From NCBI GenBank assembly GCA_052145175.1, contig JBKQPD010000259.1, forward strand, positions 25,972 to 49,971: 24,000 bases of DNA, read 5' to 3'. The notes under the pieces were generated by a model. That model was not told the DNA's origin, made no database searches, and worked only from the letters and a program-made list of their open reading frames with translations. The DNA is from Candidatus Binataceae bacterium (lineage in GTDB: Bacteria > Desulfobacterota > Binatia > Binatales > Binataceae). Below, piece by piece: positions 1 to 10,326 of the stretch (position 1 is its first letter; every line of letters begins with the position of its first letter). The position numbers were made by a program, and so were the translations under genes.

Positions 1-841
1 ACATCGTGCCGGCAAAGCCGAACTCCTCGGCGAAGACCGCAAAGATGAAATCGGTCGTCTGCTCGGGTAGAAAATTCAGGCGCGCCTGGGTGCCCTTGAA
101 GAGACCCTTGCCCCACGCGCCGCCCGACCCGATCGCGATCTCCGACTGGATAATGTGATAGCCGGAACCCAGGGGATCCGATTGGGGGTTGAGGAAGCTG
201 ACGAGCCGCTCGCGCTGGTAGGGTTTCAGGTAATGCCAGCCGACCGGCGCCACCAGCGTCGCGCCCAGCAGCAACGCCGCGCCGGTGCGCCAGTTCAGTC
301 CGCCGACAAAAATCAGCGTCGCGGTTATAAGGACGAGGATCAGCGCCGTGCCGAGGTCGGGCTGCTTGAGCACGAGCCCCGCCGGCACGGCCAGCAGGAG
401 ACCGGGAATGATGATATGCCGCAGGTTCCAGCCGCCGCGCGGGGGCTCCTCGCGCAGATAACGCACCATCACGAGCACCACGGCCAGTTTGGCGAGCTCG
501 GACGGTTCAAGCTTGAGCACCCCGAGATTGATCCAGCGGCGCGAGCCGCCGGTGCTTTGACCGGCGACCGCCACTACCGCCAGCAGCCCGATCGTGACGG
601 CGTAGAAAAGGTAGGCGTAGCTGTTCAGCGAGCGGTAATCGAACAACGCTGTCGCCGCCATCAGCATCGCGCCGATCCCGACCCACGTCAGTTGGCGGAC
701 CACCAGCGGATCGAGTCCGTGGCGTGAATTGCCCCAGGTCGCACTGAAGACACTCAGCACGCCGACCCCCGCGAGCATCAGCGCGAGTATGAAGATCGTC
801 CAGTCGAAATGGTAGATGACGCGCCGGTCGAATACCGCCAT
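1..841 (-). CDS. rodA: SEDS-family rod shape-determining protein RodA (N-terminal ~280 aa; the 3' end runs off the left window edge)
   Basis: Minus-strand frame is open from the ATG at 841 to position 1. It is absent from the ORF track because it is truncated. My translation is [28 protein letters not shown]...[15 protein letters not shown]...[24 protein letters not shown]...[10 protein letters not shown], a multi-TM protein with typical RodA/FtsW motifs. It starts 6 nt after the mrdA stop, the canonical mrdA-rodA pairing. Confidence 0.9.
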   Translation of the reverse strand, partial: MAVFDRRVIYHFDWTIFILALMLAGVGVLSVFSATWGNSRHGLDPLVVRQLTWVGIGAMLMAATALFDYRSLNSYAYLFYAVTIGLLAVVAVAGQSTGGSRRWINLGVLKLEPSELAKLAVVLVMVRYLREEPPRGGWNLRHIIIPGLLLAVPAGLVLKQPDLGTALILVLITATLIFVGGLNWRTGAALLLGATLVAPVGWHYLKPYQRERLVSFLNPQSDPLGSGYHIIQSEIAIGSGGAWGKGLFKGTQARLNFLPEQTTDFIFAVFAEEFGFAGTM

Positions 842-847
842 GGTCGC

Positions 848-2740
848 TCAGTCCGCGAGTGGATCGACCTCGTAATGCTCGCTGTCGGGATTCTTGACCA
901 GTACTCCGCCCTGCGGCGGGTTGAGCTCGAAATACTTCTGCAGGACGGCCTTGACGGCCGGGGCCGCGGTGCTGCCGCCGTGGCCCGCGTGCTCGATAAT
1001 GCAGGCGACCGCGATGCGCGGATGGTCGAGCGGGGCGAAAGCGATGAACCAGCCGTGATCGCGGTACTTTTCAGGTATCGCGTTCTCCTTGGTGCGTTCG
1101 CCCTGGGCCTCCTTGACGACCTGCGCGGTCCCGGTCTTGCCGGCCACGATCACGTTATCCATCTTGGCCCCGTGCGCCGTGCCATCCGGCTGATTGACCA
1201 CGCCCGCCATCCCGGCGCGCACGAGGTCGAGGACCTCCGGATCGATCCGCACTTCGTTTTGAATGACGGGCGGAAACACCTTGACCGTGCTGCCGTCGAG
1301 CGCGTCGATCTCCTTGACGAATTGCGGCTTGTAGAGCGTGCCACCGTTGGCGACCGCCGCCGCCATATCGGCCAGTTGCAGCGGGGTGGCGCCGACGTAG
1401 CCCTGGCCGATCGCGGCGGAAAGGGTCTCGGCCGGATACCACCGCTCACCAAAGCGCTGCTCCTTCCATTGACTCGACGGGACCACGCCCGACCTTTCGT
1501 TGTCGAGCTCAATTCCGCTCTTTTTGCCCAAACCCAGGGCGTGCGCCCAGACCGCCAACCGGTCGATCCCGAGATGCTGGCCGACGTTGTAAAAGAAGAC
1601 GTCGCAGGATTCCACGATTGCGCGATGGAGCGAGATCGAGCCGTGCCCCTGTTTGCGCCAGCAGCGGTATTCGCGGCCACCGAAGTAGATCCCGCCGGCG
1701 CAAGTGTACGCGGTTTGCGGAGTCAGGGTGCGGTCCTGCAGGGCGGCGATCGAGTCCACAATTTTGAAGGTCGACCCGGGTGGATAGACGCCCTGGATGA
1801 CGCGGTTCGACAGCGGATGCTCGGGATCGGTGGTCAGCGTACGCCAGAGCGTGTTCGTGATTCCGCCGGCGAAGCCGTTGGGATCGAAGGTCGGATGACT
1901 CGCCATCGCGAGGATATAGCCGGTGTTCGGATCGATCGCGACCAGGGCGCCGGCGCGATCGCCGATCGCGTCCTCGGCCACGCGCTGCAGGTCGAGGTCG
2001 ATCGTCATCATGACACTGTTGCCGGGGCGCTCCGGAATCTCGCGCAGCATCCGCAGCCGGCGGCCCACCGAGTCGACTTCAATTTCCTGGCCACCGCTCT
2101 CGCCACGCAAACTCGGCTCCCAGGTTCGTTCGAGCCCGAACTTGCCGATCTCGTCGCCCATCCGGTAATCCGGCAGGCGATTGAGATCGCGCACCGTGAC
2201 CTCGCCCACGTAGCCGAGCAGATGGGCAGCCAGTGAACCGTAGATATAGTGGCGGCGCGGATTCACCTGCAGGCTGACGCCCGGCAAGTCGAGCTGATGA
2301 GTTTCGAGCGCCACGACCTGCGGCCATTGCAGGCGCTCCTCGACGGTCACCGGATCGAATTCCGGACGGCCCTGGTCTTCGGCGTCGTCCAGCTTCTTCC
2401 CGACGCCGTCTTCGCCGAGCAGCTTCTCCAGCCGCGCCGTGGTGACATTGATGTCAGGGGCGTCCTCGGGCACCATCACCGCGTCGAACGAGGGGCGGGT
2501 ATCGACCAGCGCCCGATGACGCACGTCGTAGACCAGCCCGCGCAGCGCCGGCTGGCGTTGCAGGCGGATCCGGTTGCGGTCGGCCAGCTCCGCCATCTCA
2601 TGATGCTTGATCATCTGGAGGTAGTAGAGCCGCGTAGCAGCGCCGGTCAGCACGGCCAGAATGATCACGGTCAGCGCGGCGACGCGCGGTTCCAGCCGGG
2701 GGATGGGCCGGTTTTTGCTGTGGGTTGTGAATTTGGCCAC
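848..2740 (-). CDS. mrdA: Penicillin-binding protein 2 (elongasome D,D-transpeptidase)
   Basis: 630-aa ORF with an N-terminal TM anchor (AALTVIILAVLTGAATRLYYL). Active-site triad motifs are present: STFK (SxxK), SCD (SxD) and KTGTA. The GTG start at 2740 is preceded by AGAGG. It lies between mreD and rodA. Confidence 0.95.
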   Translation of the reverse strand: MAKFTTHSKNRPIPRLEPRVAALTVIILAVLTGAATRLYYLQMIKHHEMAELADRNRIRLQRQPALRGLVYDVRHRALVDTRPSFDAVMVPEDAPDINVTTARLEKLLGEDGVGKKLDDAEDQGRPEFDPVTVEERLQWPQVVALETHQLDLPGVSLQVNPRRHYIYGSLAAHLLGYVGEVTVRDLNRLPDYRMGDEIGKFGLERTWEPSLRGESGGQEIEVDSVGRRLRMLREIPERPGNSVMMTIDLDLQRVAEDAIGDRAGALVAIDPNTGYILAMASHPTFDPNGFAGGITNTLWRTLTTDPEHPLSNRVIQGVYPPGSTFKIVDSIAALQDRTLTPQTAYTCAGGIYFGGREYRCWRKQGHGSISLHRAIVESCDVFFYNVGQHLGIDRLAVWAHALGLGKKSGIELDNERSGVVPSSQWKEQRFGERWYPAETLSAAIGQGYVGATPLQLADMAAAVANGGTLYKPQFVKEIDALDGSTVKVFPPVIQNEVRIDPEVLDLVRAGMAGVVNQPDGTAHGAKMDNVIVAGKTGTAQVVKEAQGERTKENAIPEKYRDHGWFIAFAPLDHPRIAVACIIEHAGHGGSTAAPAVKAVLQKYFELNPPQGGVLVKNPDSEHYEVDPLAD

Positions 2741-2845
2741 GATCGCCTGCCTCTTAGCAGGCTATTGAAAAAGGATTTTCAACGCCTGCTGCCCTCACTG
2801 TAATTCCCGTAGGGAGAGAACTAAAGGAAAGAAGCCGATTTTGAT

Positions 2846-2905
2846 GCAGGATGTTGAGAACGAACCATCGATGGAATTCACGATATTCACTTCTCAACAT
2901 CCTGC
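2846..2905. repeat. Perfect 15-bp inverted repeat (GCAGGATGTTGAGAA 2846-2860 / TTCTCAACATCCTGC 2891-2905) with a 30-nt loop that contains the 10-bp palindrome CCATCGATGG (2865-2874)
   Basis: Read directly from the sequence. It lies in an AT-rich 172-bp gap between the mreD stop (2913) and the mrdA start (2740). Two smaller hairpins lie nearby: TTGAAAA/TTTTCAA around 2765-2782 and GCCTGC/GCAGGC around 2745-2762. Confidence 0.8.
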
Positions 2906-2912
2906 TTGAAGC

Positions 2913-3419
2913 CTATTCCCGCAAGCCGCGTTGCCGCAATCCGACCGACCGCGCCGCCCCCGCCATCACCGCGAAAACCGCGGGTGCGCAGAGCGCGGTA
3001 ATCGCCGCCTGAATGAGGATCGCCGGCATTGCCAGCCCCAGGCTTTCGCTCCGCCCCCAATCCGCCGCGGCGACGGCGTTGCCCAAGTCGATAAAAATGA
3101 CCGCGCCAAACACGGCGATTACCCCGATCACGGCGGTGCTCGAGAGCAATGAGCGGGAGAGCCCGGACGTCAAAATGAAGACCAGGATGAACAGCAGGGC
3201 GTTGAGTCCAAGCTGGCCCCCGGAGAAGGTGTCGGTCGCGTAACCGATCCCGAAAGCCATCAGGGCGGCGGCCGCGCTGTAATAGCGCAGGCCGAGATTA
3301 ACCGCCAAAACCAACGCCAGATTCGGCATGAGCACGTCGAAGGGCAGCAGCCGCGTGAAGGTGGTCTGGAGGGCCAGGGCGATAAGCGTCGCGATCGCGA
3401 ATACCCCAATCAAGCGCAC
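2913..3419 (-). CDS. mreD: Rod shape-determining protein MreD
   Basis: 168-aa, very hydrophobic multi-TM protein. The GTG start is preceded by GAGGAG that overlaps the mreC stop. Its position between mreC and mrdA is diagnostic; the sequence family itself is weakly conserved. Confidence 0.8.
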   Translation of the reverse strand: MRLIGVFAIATLIALALQTTFTRLLPFDVLMPNLALVLAVNLGLRYYSAAAALMAFGIGYATDTFSGGQLGLNALLFILVFILTSGLSRSLLSSTAVIGVIAVFGAVIFIDLGNAVAAADWGRSESLGLAMPAILIQAAITALCAPAVFAVMAGAARSVGLRQRGLRE

Positions 3420-3426
3420 GGACTCC

Positions 3427-4278
3427 TCAGTTCTGGCCTTCGAGCTGCAGTTCGGGCGGCTTCTGCGTCAGCACCATCAGTTGCTCGAGCTTGTGAAAAT
3501 CGACCGCCGGAAGGACCTCGACATTGAGAAAAAGCCCCGGTCCTTCCTGGGAAACCCGTCCTACTTCGCCGACCAGCAGGCCGCGCGGGAAAATCCCGTC
3601 CATGCCCGACGTGACGATCCGATCGCCCGGCCGCAGGTCCTCCGACCGATCGACGTATTTCATGGTGAGGCCGTCGTCGATCACGCCGGCCACGATTCCG
3701 CGCGCGCGGCTGCGCTGGTCGATCGCATCGAGCGCGGAGTTGTGATCGTCGATCAGCAGCACCCGGGCGGCGTCGGGCGCCACCACCATCAGGCGGCCGA
3801 CCACGCCTTCGTTGGCGATTACGGCCATGTCGCGGCGCAGACCCCCATGCGAGCCCTGTCCGACGATGATCGTCCGCGAGAGCGCGTTCGCGTCGCTGCC
3901 AATCACGTTGACCGCCACGGCCCTGGTGGCCAGCACTTCGCGGAGTTCGAGCAGGTCGGCCAGGCGGTGGTTCTCGCTTTCCAATTCCTGCATGCGCGCC
4001 TGCTGGCTATCGAATTCAGCGAGTCGCCGCCGCAGTTCGGCGTTTTCACGACGCACGCCGACCAACGCAAAGTAATCATGGAGGAACCCGCTCGAACCTC
4101 CGGTGATGCCGGCCACGAAGGTCTGAAACGGGCGCAGCAGTTCGATCAGGACGAGCGCGGGTTTGCTCGCGCGCGCATCCGGCCGCACACCTGAACTAAG
4201 CAGATGCAGCGCGAGAATCAGCAGCGTTCCGGTGGTCAGAAGGACCCGGTTACGCCAAAGGAAAGAGCTTCTCACCAA
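3427..4278 (-). CDS. mreC: Rod shape-determining protein MreC
   Basis: 283-aa ORF with an N-terminal TM segment (VLLTTGTLLILALHLL). A coiled-coil region follows (RRENAELRRRLAEFDSQQARMQELESENHRLADLLELRE), then beta-rich domains (VGRLMVVAPDAARVLLIDD...GDRIVTSGMDGIFPRGLLVGEV). The start is TTG 4278 or GTG 4275, after GGGGAG. Confidence 0.9.
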   Translation of the reverse strand: MVRSSFLWRNRVLLTTGTLLILALHLLSSGVRPDARASKPALVLIELLRPFQTFVAGITGGSSGFLHDYFALVGVRRENAELRRRLAEFDSQQARMQELESENHRLADLLELREVLATRAVAVNVIGSDANALSRTIIVGQGSHGGLRRDMAVIANEGVVGRLMVVAPDAARVLLIDDHNSALDAIDQRSRARGIVAGVIDDGLTMKYVDRSEDLRPGDRIVTSGMDGIFPRGLLVGEVGRVSQEGPGLFLNVEVLPAVDFHKLEQLMVLTQKPPELQLEGQN

Positions 4279-4337
4279 GGCTCCCCAAGCTGGGGACTCG
4301 CAGCGTCAGAATAGCGGTGAACTTTGCTCTGCGACAA

Positions 4338-5477
<1,140 letters not shown>

Positions 5478-5589
5478 TTAGGATGATCAAGAAGCCACCG
5501 CTTATGAAGCTAACAGACGCGCTTCGGGTTAAGCAATAACTCATCTGCAATTGCGCATCGGAAAGCCGCTCACTTATGATGTAGGGGTC

Positions 5590-7548
5590 ATGTTTAGCGC
5601 TTTTCGCCGCCACAACTACTCGCTCGCCACCCGCATAATGATCATCGCGCTGTGCACGGTCTTCGCCTTGTTCTTCGGCGGGCTCGGCGCGGCCACTTAT
5701 CTGAACCAGCCCGGCGCGGTTGCGTCAATCGATTGTTACACCTACTTGCATCTGTTCACGCTGCCCGGATGTACGACCGTGATGCCGGATCAGATCGACC
5801 ACGAAGCGGCCAATATCCGCCGGATGATCGAGAACAGCCGGGGACCCGAAGCCGCGCAGCTCCTGCAGGGCGTGAACTTGCGCGAAATGGCGCTCGAAAG
5901 CGTGGTTGCGCAGACGCTGATCGAGCGCGAGGCTCATCGGCTGGGGCTCAACGCCAGTGACGACGACCTTGCCCACGCGATCGAGTCCCAGACGGTCTTT
6001 CAGGTTGACGGCCGCTTCGATCCGGATCGCTACCGCGACATCCTGCGCGATAACGATCTGCAGCCGGCGGTGTTCGAGTCCGACACCCGCTCGAAGATCC
6101 TTACCGACAGCCTGCGCCAGCTTGTCACGGCTTCGGTGCAGGCGAGTCCCGCCGAGGCGCGAGCCGACTTCGATCGCTTCGGCGAAAAGGTGGCGCTCGC
6201 CTATATCGAATTTCCGTATGCGAACTTCATCGCCTCCGAGCATCCCACCGACGCCGAAATCGCCAAGTTCTACAAGGATAATCCGGAGGATTTCCGCGAG
6301 CCGGAGCGTCTCCGGATAAGCTTCATCAGGTACGACCCCGCGGCGCTCGCCTCGAACGAGCCGCCGACCGACGAGGCGATCCAAAACTACTTCGACCAGA
6401 ACCTCAAAACCATGTTTACCCATCCAGGTCAGGTCCATGCGCGCCACATCCTGATCCAGGTGGCCCCGGACGCCAGTCCGGAGCAAAAGGCCGCCGCGCG
6501 GCGCCGCGCCGAGGACCTGCTGGCGCAGATCAAGGCGGGCAAGTCCTTTGCGGATCTCGCCAGGCAATATTCCGACGATCCGGGTTCAAAGCAAAATGGC
6601 GGTGACTTGGGCATGATCGCGCGGGGTGAGCTCGTCAAACCCTTCGAGGATGTCGCGTTCAGACTCAAGCCCGGCGAACTGGCGATCGCCGAGACGCAGT
6701 TTGGTGTTCACGTTATCCAGGTGCTCGAAATAAAGGACGCCAAGGTCGAGAGTATCGACGAAGCGCGCCCCAAAATCGTCGCCGCGCTCAAACAGAAGCA
6801 GGGCGAAGACGCCGCGCGGCTCGCGCTGGATCAGGACGTCGCGGCGGCCGGCGAAGGCCGGAAACTCCCGGATATCGCCAAGCGGCGCGGTTTGGTCGCG
6901 GTCCAGACTCCATACTTCGCCCTGACCGATCCCATCAAAGGCGCCGAGGATAACCCCAAACTGCAGAAGGACGTCTTCGCGATGGCGACCGGCGACGTTC
7001 ACCCGATCATCGATGGTCCGGTGCCGTATCTGGTCGAGGTCCTTGATCGCAAGGCGAGCCGGCTTCCGCCGTTGAGCGAAATCAAGGATCGCGTGGCCCA
7101 GACGGTGGCCCGGATTCATGCCGAGGCGACCGCGAGCCAGGTGGCCACCGCGATGCTCAAGCAGATTAAATCGGCGGAGGCCTTTGACGCCGTGGCCGAC
7201 CAGAACCATCTGCAGGTCAAATCCACGGGTGAATTTGTCCGCACCAGCCAGGACGTGCCGGGAATCGGATCGTTTCCCCAGCTCGGGCAGACCGCCGGGG
7301 CGCTCGCGGCGGTGCCTGGCATGATCGATCATGTGATGGCGAACGGCGGGAATTCCTACATCTTCAAAGTGTTGTCGCGAACCCTGCCGAGCGACACGGA
7401 CTGGAAGGCGGTGGCGCTCCAATTCACCGAGCGTTTCACGCAGCAGGAGCAACAGACCGCGTGGTCGAATTTCGTCAACGAGCTGAAGCGCAAGGCGCAG
7501 ATCGAAGTACACAGCGAGCTGCTCGGGAGCTCACCGGCCAACTCCTGA
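5590..7548 (+). CDS. ppiD: Membrane-anchored periplasmic chaperone / parvulin-type peptidyl-prolyl isomerase, PpiD-like
   Basis: The ATG at 5590 gives MFSAFRRHNYSLATRIMIIALCTVFALFFGG, a PpiD-style N-terminal anchor. The track start at 5551 is TTG. There is a SurA-N-like region and a parvulin core (HARHILIQV...GGDLGMIARGELVKPFEDVAF...FGVHVIQVLE). About 652 aa. Confidence 0.8.
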   Translation: MFSAFRRHNYSLATRIMIIALCTVFALFFGGLGAATYLNQPGAVASIDCYTYLHLFTLPGCTTVMPDQIDHEAANIRRMIENSRGPEAAQLLQGVNLREMALESVVAQTLIEREAHRLGLNASDDDLAHAIESQTVFQVDGRFDPDRYRDILRDNDLQPAVFESDTRSKILTDSLRQLVTASVQASPAEARADFDRFGEKVALAYIEFPYANFIASEHPTDAEIAKFYKDNPEDFREPERLRISFIRYDPAALASNEPPTDEAIQNYFDQNLKTMFTHPGQVHARHILIQVAPDASPEQKAAARRRAEDLLAQIKAGKSFADLARQYSDDPGSKQNGGDLGMIARGELVKPFEDVAFRLKPGELAIAETQFGVHVIQVLEIKDAKVESIDEARPKIVAALKQKQGEDAARLALDQDVAAAGEGRKLPDIAKRRGLVAVQTPYFALTDPIKGAEDNPKLQKDVFAMATGDVHPIIDGPVPYLVEVLDRKASRLPPLSEIKDRVAQTVARIHAEATASQVATAMLKQIKSAEAFDAVADQNHLQVKSTGEFVRTSQDVPGIGSFPQLGQTAGALAAVPGMIDHVMANGGNSYIFKVLSRTLPSDTDWKAVALQFTERFTQQEQQTAWSNFVNELKRKAQIEVHSELLGSSPANS

Positions 7549-7598
7549 GATAGCCAGGCTCTTTTCCGGCCGACGCCAATTTTGGCGAGAGGAATTTG

Positions 7599-8432
7599 AT
7601 GGATTCCGCGGACGACGATCCTCACCCACCGAAAACCGATACGAGCGAATTCTTTCTACCCGGCTCGGGCCTCAGCGCCCTGCTGATCCACGGCCTGACC
7701 GGAACCCCCTACGAGATGCGTTATCTCGGCGAGCAACTGGCCGGCGCCGGGATACGGGTGCTCGCGGTCAAACTGGCGGGCCACGCCGGGGCCCCCGAAG
7801 AGTTGGCCACGGTCACGCACGCCAACTGGTACGAGAGCGCGGTCGACGGCTTCGAGCGGCTGCGGGCGTATGGCGATCCGAATATCGTTATCGGACTCTC
7901 GATGGGCGCGCTGCTCGCGGCCCGGCTCGCGATCGATCAGCCGGAAGCGGTCGCGGGGGTGGTGATGCTGGCGCCGGCCTTTTTTCTCGGGCGGCGGTCG
8001 CGCTTTGTCTTGCGCGCGCTGCGCCCGGCCGCCCGGCTCGCCGACCAGCTCTTTTTTCACAAACCCGGCGGCTCGGATATTCACGATGCGTCGGCGCGCG
8101 GAAGCCATCCGGGCAGCCGGCTGATACCGTTGCGGGCGGCGTTGAATCTGCTCGAGCTGAGCGACTACGTCCGGCCGAAAATGTCCGCCGTCGAGCAGCC
8201 GGCTTTGCTGATCCACGGCCGCAACGACCATGTCTGCCCGTTCGACACTAATGTCGATTTCGTGATGGGTAATCTGGGCAGTCAACAGAAGCGGCTGATC
8301 GCACTTGAAGAAAGCTTCCATGTGATCACGGTCGACAGCGAAAAAGAGCGGGTCGCCCGCGAGGTGGCGGACTTCATTACGCCGTCGCGCGCGCCCGCAG
8401 CCGTGCGCGCGGCCGCCCGCGGAGGCCGCTGA
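7599..8432 (+). CDS. Alpha/beta-hydrolase carboxylesterase (Est30/YvaK-like)
   Basis: Motifs LLIHGLTGTP, nucleophile elbow GLSMGA, LLIHGRNDHVCP and SFHVITVD are colinear with Geobacillus Est30-type esterases as I remember them. The ATG at 7599 follows GAGAGGAA. The stop overlaps the next start (TGATG at 8430-8434). Confidence 0.8.
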   Translation: MDSADDDPHPPKTDTSEFFLPGSGLSALLIHGLTGTPYEMRYLGEQLAGAGIRVLAVKLAGHAGAPEELATVTHANWYESAVDGFERLRAYGDPNIVIGLSMGALLAARLAIDQPEAVAGVVMLAPAFFLGRRSRFVLRALRPAARLADQLFFHKPGGSDIHDASARGSHPGSRLIPLRAALNLLELSDYVRPKMSAVEQPALLIHGRNDHVCPFDTNVDFVMGNLGSQQKRLIALEESFHVITVDSEKERVAREVADFITPSRAPAAVRAAARGGR

Positions 8433-9940
8433 TGCGCGTGGATGAAACCAGGACTATCGCGGACCTTCTTGCCACCGGCGAACCAGCCCGAGCCGCTTTG
8501 ATCGGGACCCAGCCGGACCGGGTACTCACCTATGGTGAATTGCGGGCGCAGGTCGCAAGTCTGACCGGCCAGTTGCTCGCGAGCGGGCTCGAGCCCGGCG
8601 CGCGGGTCGCGATCATCCTGCCGAACGGTCCCGAATTCATCGTCACCTTTCTAAGTGTCGCCGGTGCGCGCCTGACCGCCGCGCCATTCAACGCCGCGCA
8701 GGTCGCGGAGCTCGCCGCGCTGTGGACGGACGCCGGGATTCGCGCCGTGATCGCGGCGGCGGAAGATCGCGGGACCCAGGCTATCGCGACGCGTCTCGGA
8801 CTCCCGTTCTGGGCGTTGGCGGTCGATTCCGCGGGGCGGGTGCGGCTCGACGTTCCGGCACACGGCCGCCGTTCCGACGGAGCGCCGCGCCCGTCCGACG
8901 TCGCCCTTTTTCTCCATACGAGCGGCACCACCAGCAAGCCCAAGGGCGTGCCGCTGACGCATGGCAACCTGATGTACTCGATCGCGAATATCGCGGAAGG
9001 CTATCGCCTGACGGCTGCGGATTGCACGCTGCTGGTGATGCCGCTGTTCCACGTGCACGGCCTGATCGGCGCGACCCTCTCGACGCTGCACTCGGGCGGC
9101 ACGGTGGTAGCGCCGCCGCGCTTCAGCGCAGGCACCTTCTGGCCGACCGCCCGCGCTCATCGGGCAACCTGGTACTCGGCGGTGCCGACGATCCATCGCA
9201 CGCTCCTGCTGCGCGCCGCGACTGATGCCCCGGCGCAGAGCGGTTTCCGCTTCATCCGATCCTGTTCCTCGGCGCTCGCGCCTGCGATGCTCGCGCAGAT
9301 GGAAGAACGCTTTCAGGCCCCGGTGCTCGAAGCCTACGGGATGACCGAAGCGGCTCATCAGATTGCGACCAATCCGCTGCCGCCAGCGCCCCATAAGGCG
9401 GGCAGCGTCGGTCTGGGTGGACGAGTCGAAATCGTGATTATCGACGACCAGGGCCATATCCTGCCGCGCGGGACGGCCGGAGAGGTTGCGATCAAAGGCC
9501 CCAACGTGACGCTCGGTTACGATCAGAATCCGTCCGCCAACGCCGCCGCGTTCGTGAACGGTTACCTGCGCACTGGCGATCGCGGAGTGCTCGACGCGGA
9601 CGGTTACGTGAGCTTGATCGGCAGAATCAAGGAGCTGATCAATCGGGCGGGCGAAAAAATCTCACCCCTGGAAATCGACGCGCTTCTGCTGGCTCATCCG
9701 GCGGTCGCGGAAGCGGCGAGCTTCGGCGTGCCCGACGACAAGTACGGCGAAGAAATTTGCGCCGCAGTGGTCCTGAAGAGCCCGGCGTCCGCGGCCGAGC
9801 TCCAGACCTTTTGCCGCGATCAGCTCGCGGCTTTCAAGGTGCCCAAGGTCTTTCATTTCGTGACGGAACTGCCCAAGACCGCGACCGGCAAAGTCCAGCG
9901 CAGCGCGTTGACCGCGACGTTCGCGAACAACGCGAAATAG
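8432..9940 (+). CDS. AMP-dependent acyl-CoA synthetase, oxalate--CoA ligase-like (AAE3/Pcs60 family)
   Basis: 502 aa. AMP-binding motif FLHTSGTTSKPKGVPLTHGNL, PLFHVHGL, EAYGMTEA, GDRG, GRIKELINRAGEKISPLEID, FGVPDDKYGEE and LPKTATGKVQR. Long stretches match plant AAE3 oxalyl-CoA synthetase as I remember it. Family is confident; substrate is not. Confidence 0.85.
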   Translation: MRVDETRTIADLLATGEPARAALIGTQPDRVLTYGELRAQVASLTGQLLASGLEPGARVAIILPNGPEFIVTFLSVAGARLTAAPFNAAQVAELAALWTDAGIRAVIAAAEDRGTQAIATRLGLPFWALAVDSAGRVRLDVPAHGRRSDGAPRPSDVALFLHTSGTTSKPKGVPLTHGNLMYSIANIAEGYRLTAADCTLLVMPLFHVHGLIGATLSTLHSGGTVVAPPRFSAGTFWPTARAHRATWYSAVPTIHRTLLLRAATDAPAQSGFRFIRSCSSALAPAMLAQMEERFQAPVLEAYGMTEAAHQIATNPLPPAPHKAGSVGLGGRVEIVIIDDQGHILPRGTAGEVAIKGPNVTLGYDQNPSANAAAFVNGYLRTGDRGVLDADGYVSLIGRIKELINRAGEKISPLEIDALLLAHPAVAEAASFGVPDDKYGEEICAAVVLKSPASAAELQTFCRDQLAAFKVPKVFHFVTELPKTATGKVQRSALTATFANNAK

Positions 9941-9954
9941 TCTTCTGACACCGC

Positions 9955-10215
9955 TCAGCGAAGTTCTCGATCTTGACGAACCAATACGTCGCTCGGGACC
10001 TCAAGTCTCGGCATCGAGGCGCGTAACTCGGCTCGAGAGGGAATGCCGCGGCGAGGCTGAGCGGGCAGTATTCTGGCAAGTGGACGTCCCCTCCGCGTCA
10101 CGACGACTTCGCCGGCCTCGGCAACGAGGTCGTCAAGGTGCGCGAGTGCGGCTCGCATTTCCCGGATACTCAGTGTTTTCAAGCGACGCTCCGATGTTGA
10201 CGACACATCGTCCAT
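9955..10215 (-). CDS. Type II antitoxin, Phd/YefM (prevent-host-death) family, with no adjacent toxin gene
   Basis: LKTLSIREMRAALAHLDDLVAEAGEVVVTRRGRPLARILP is the classic Phd/YefM N-terminal domain. An alternative TTG start at 10182 has GGAG 6 nt upstream. Only 14 nt separate its stop from the convergent ligase gene. Confidence 0.7.
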   Translation of the reverse strand: MDDVSSTSERRLKTLSIREMRAALAHLDDLVAEAGEVVVTRRGRPLARILPAQPRRGIPSRAELRASMPRLEVPSDVLVRQDRELR

Positions 10216-10326
10216 GATTTGTCACATCGTCATGTAAAGGCAAGCTCGATTGCGCCGAGGTACCGGCGTTCAGGTGCGCGTCGACACAACTTGCGGGCGG
10301 ATGATTAATGCGGCTACATTCGCGGC

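Noticed and set aside
155-727. 190-aa plus-strand ORF
   Set aside because: It is antisense to the clearly recognisable rodA frame. The composition is Arg/Gln/His-rich low complexity.
809-2236. 475-aa plus-strand ORF
   Set aside because: It is antisense to mrdA, whose product carries all the PBP2 active-site motifs. The product is Arg/Ala/Gly/Asp-rich with no recognisable domain. This is a typical shadow ORF of GC-rich DNA.
9834-10079. 81-aa minus-strand ORF considered as the missing toxin partner of the Phd/YefM antitoxin
   Set aside because: It overlaps the antitoxin in another frame and the 3' end of the ligase gene. It has no PIN, RelE or Doc-like motifs and its composition looks like shadow-ORF sequence.
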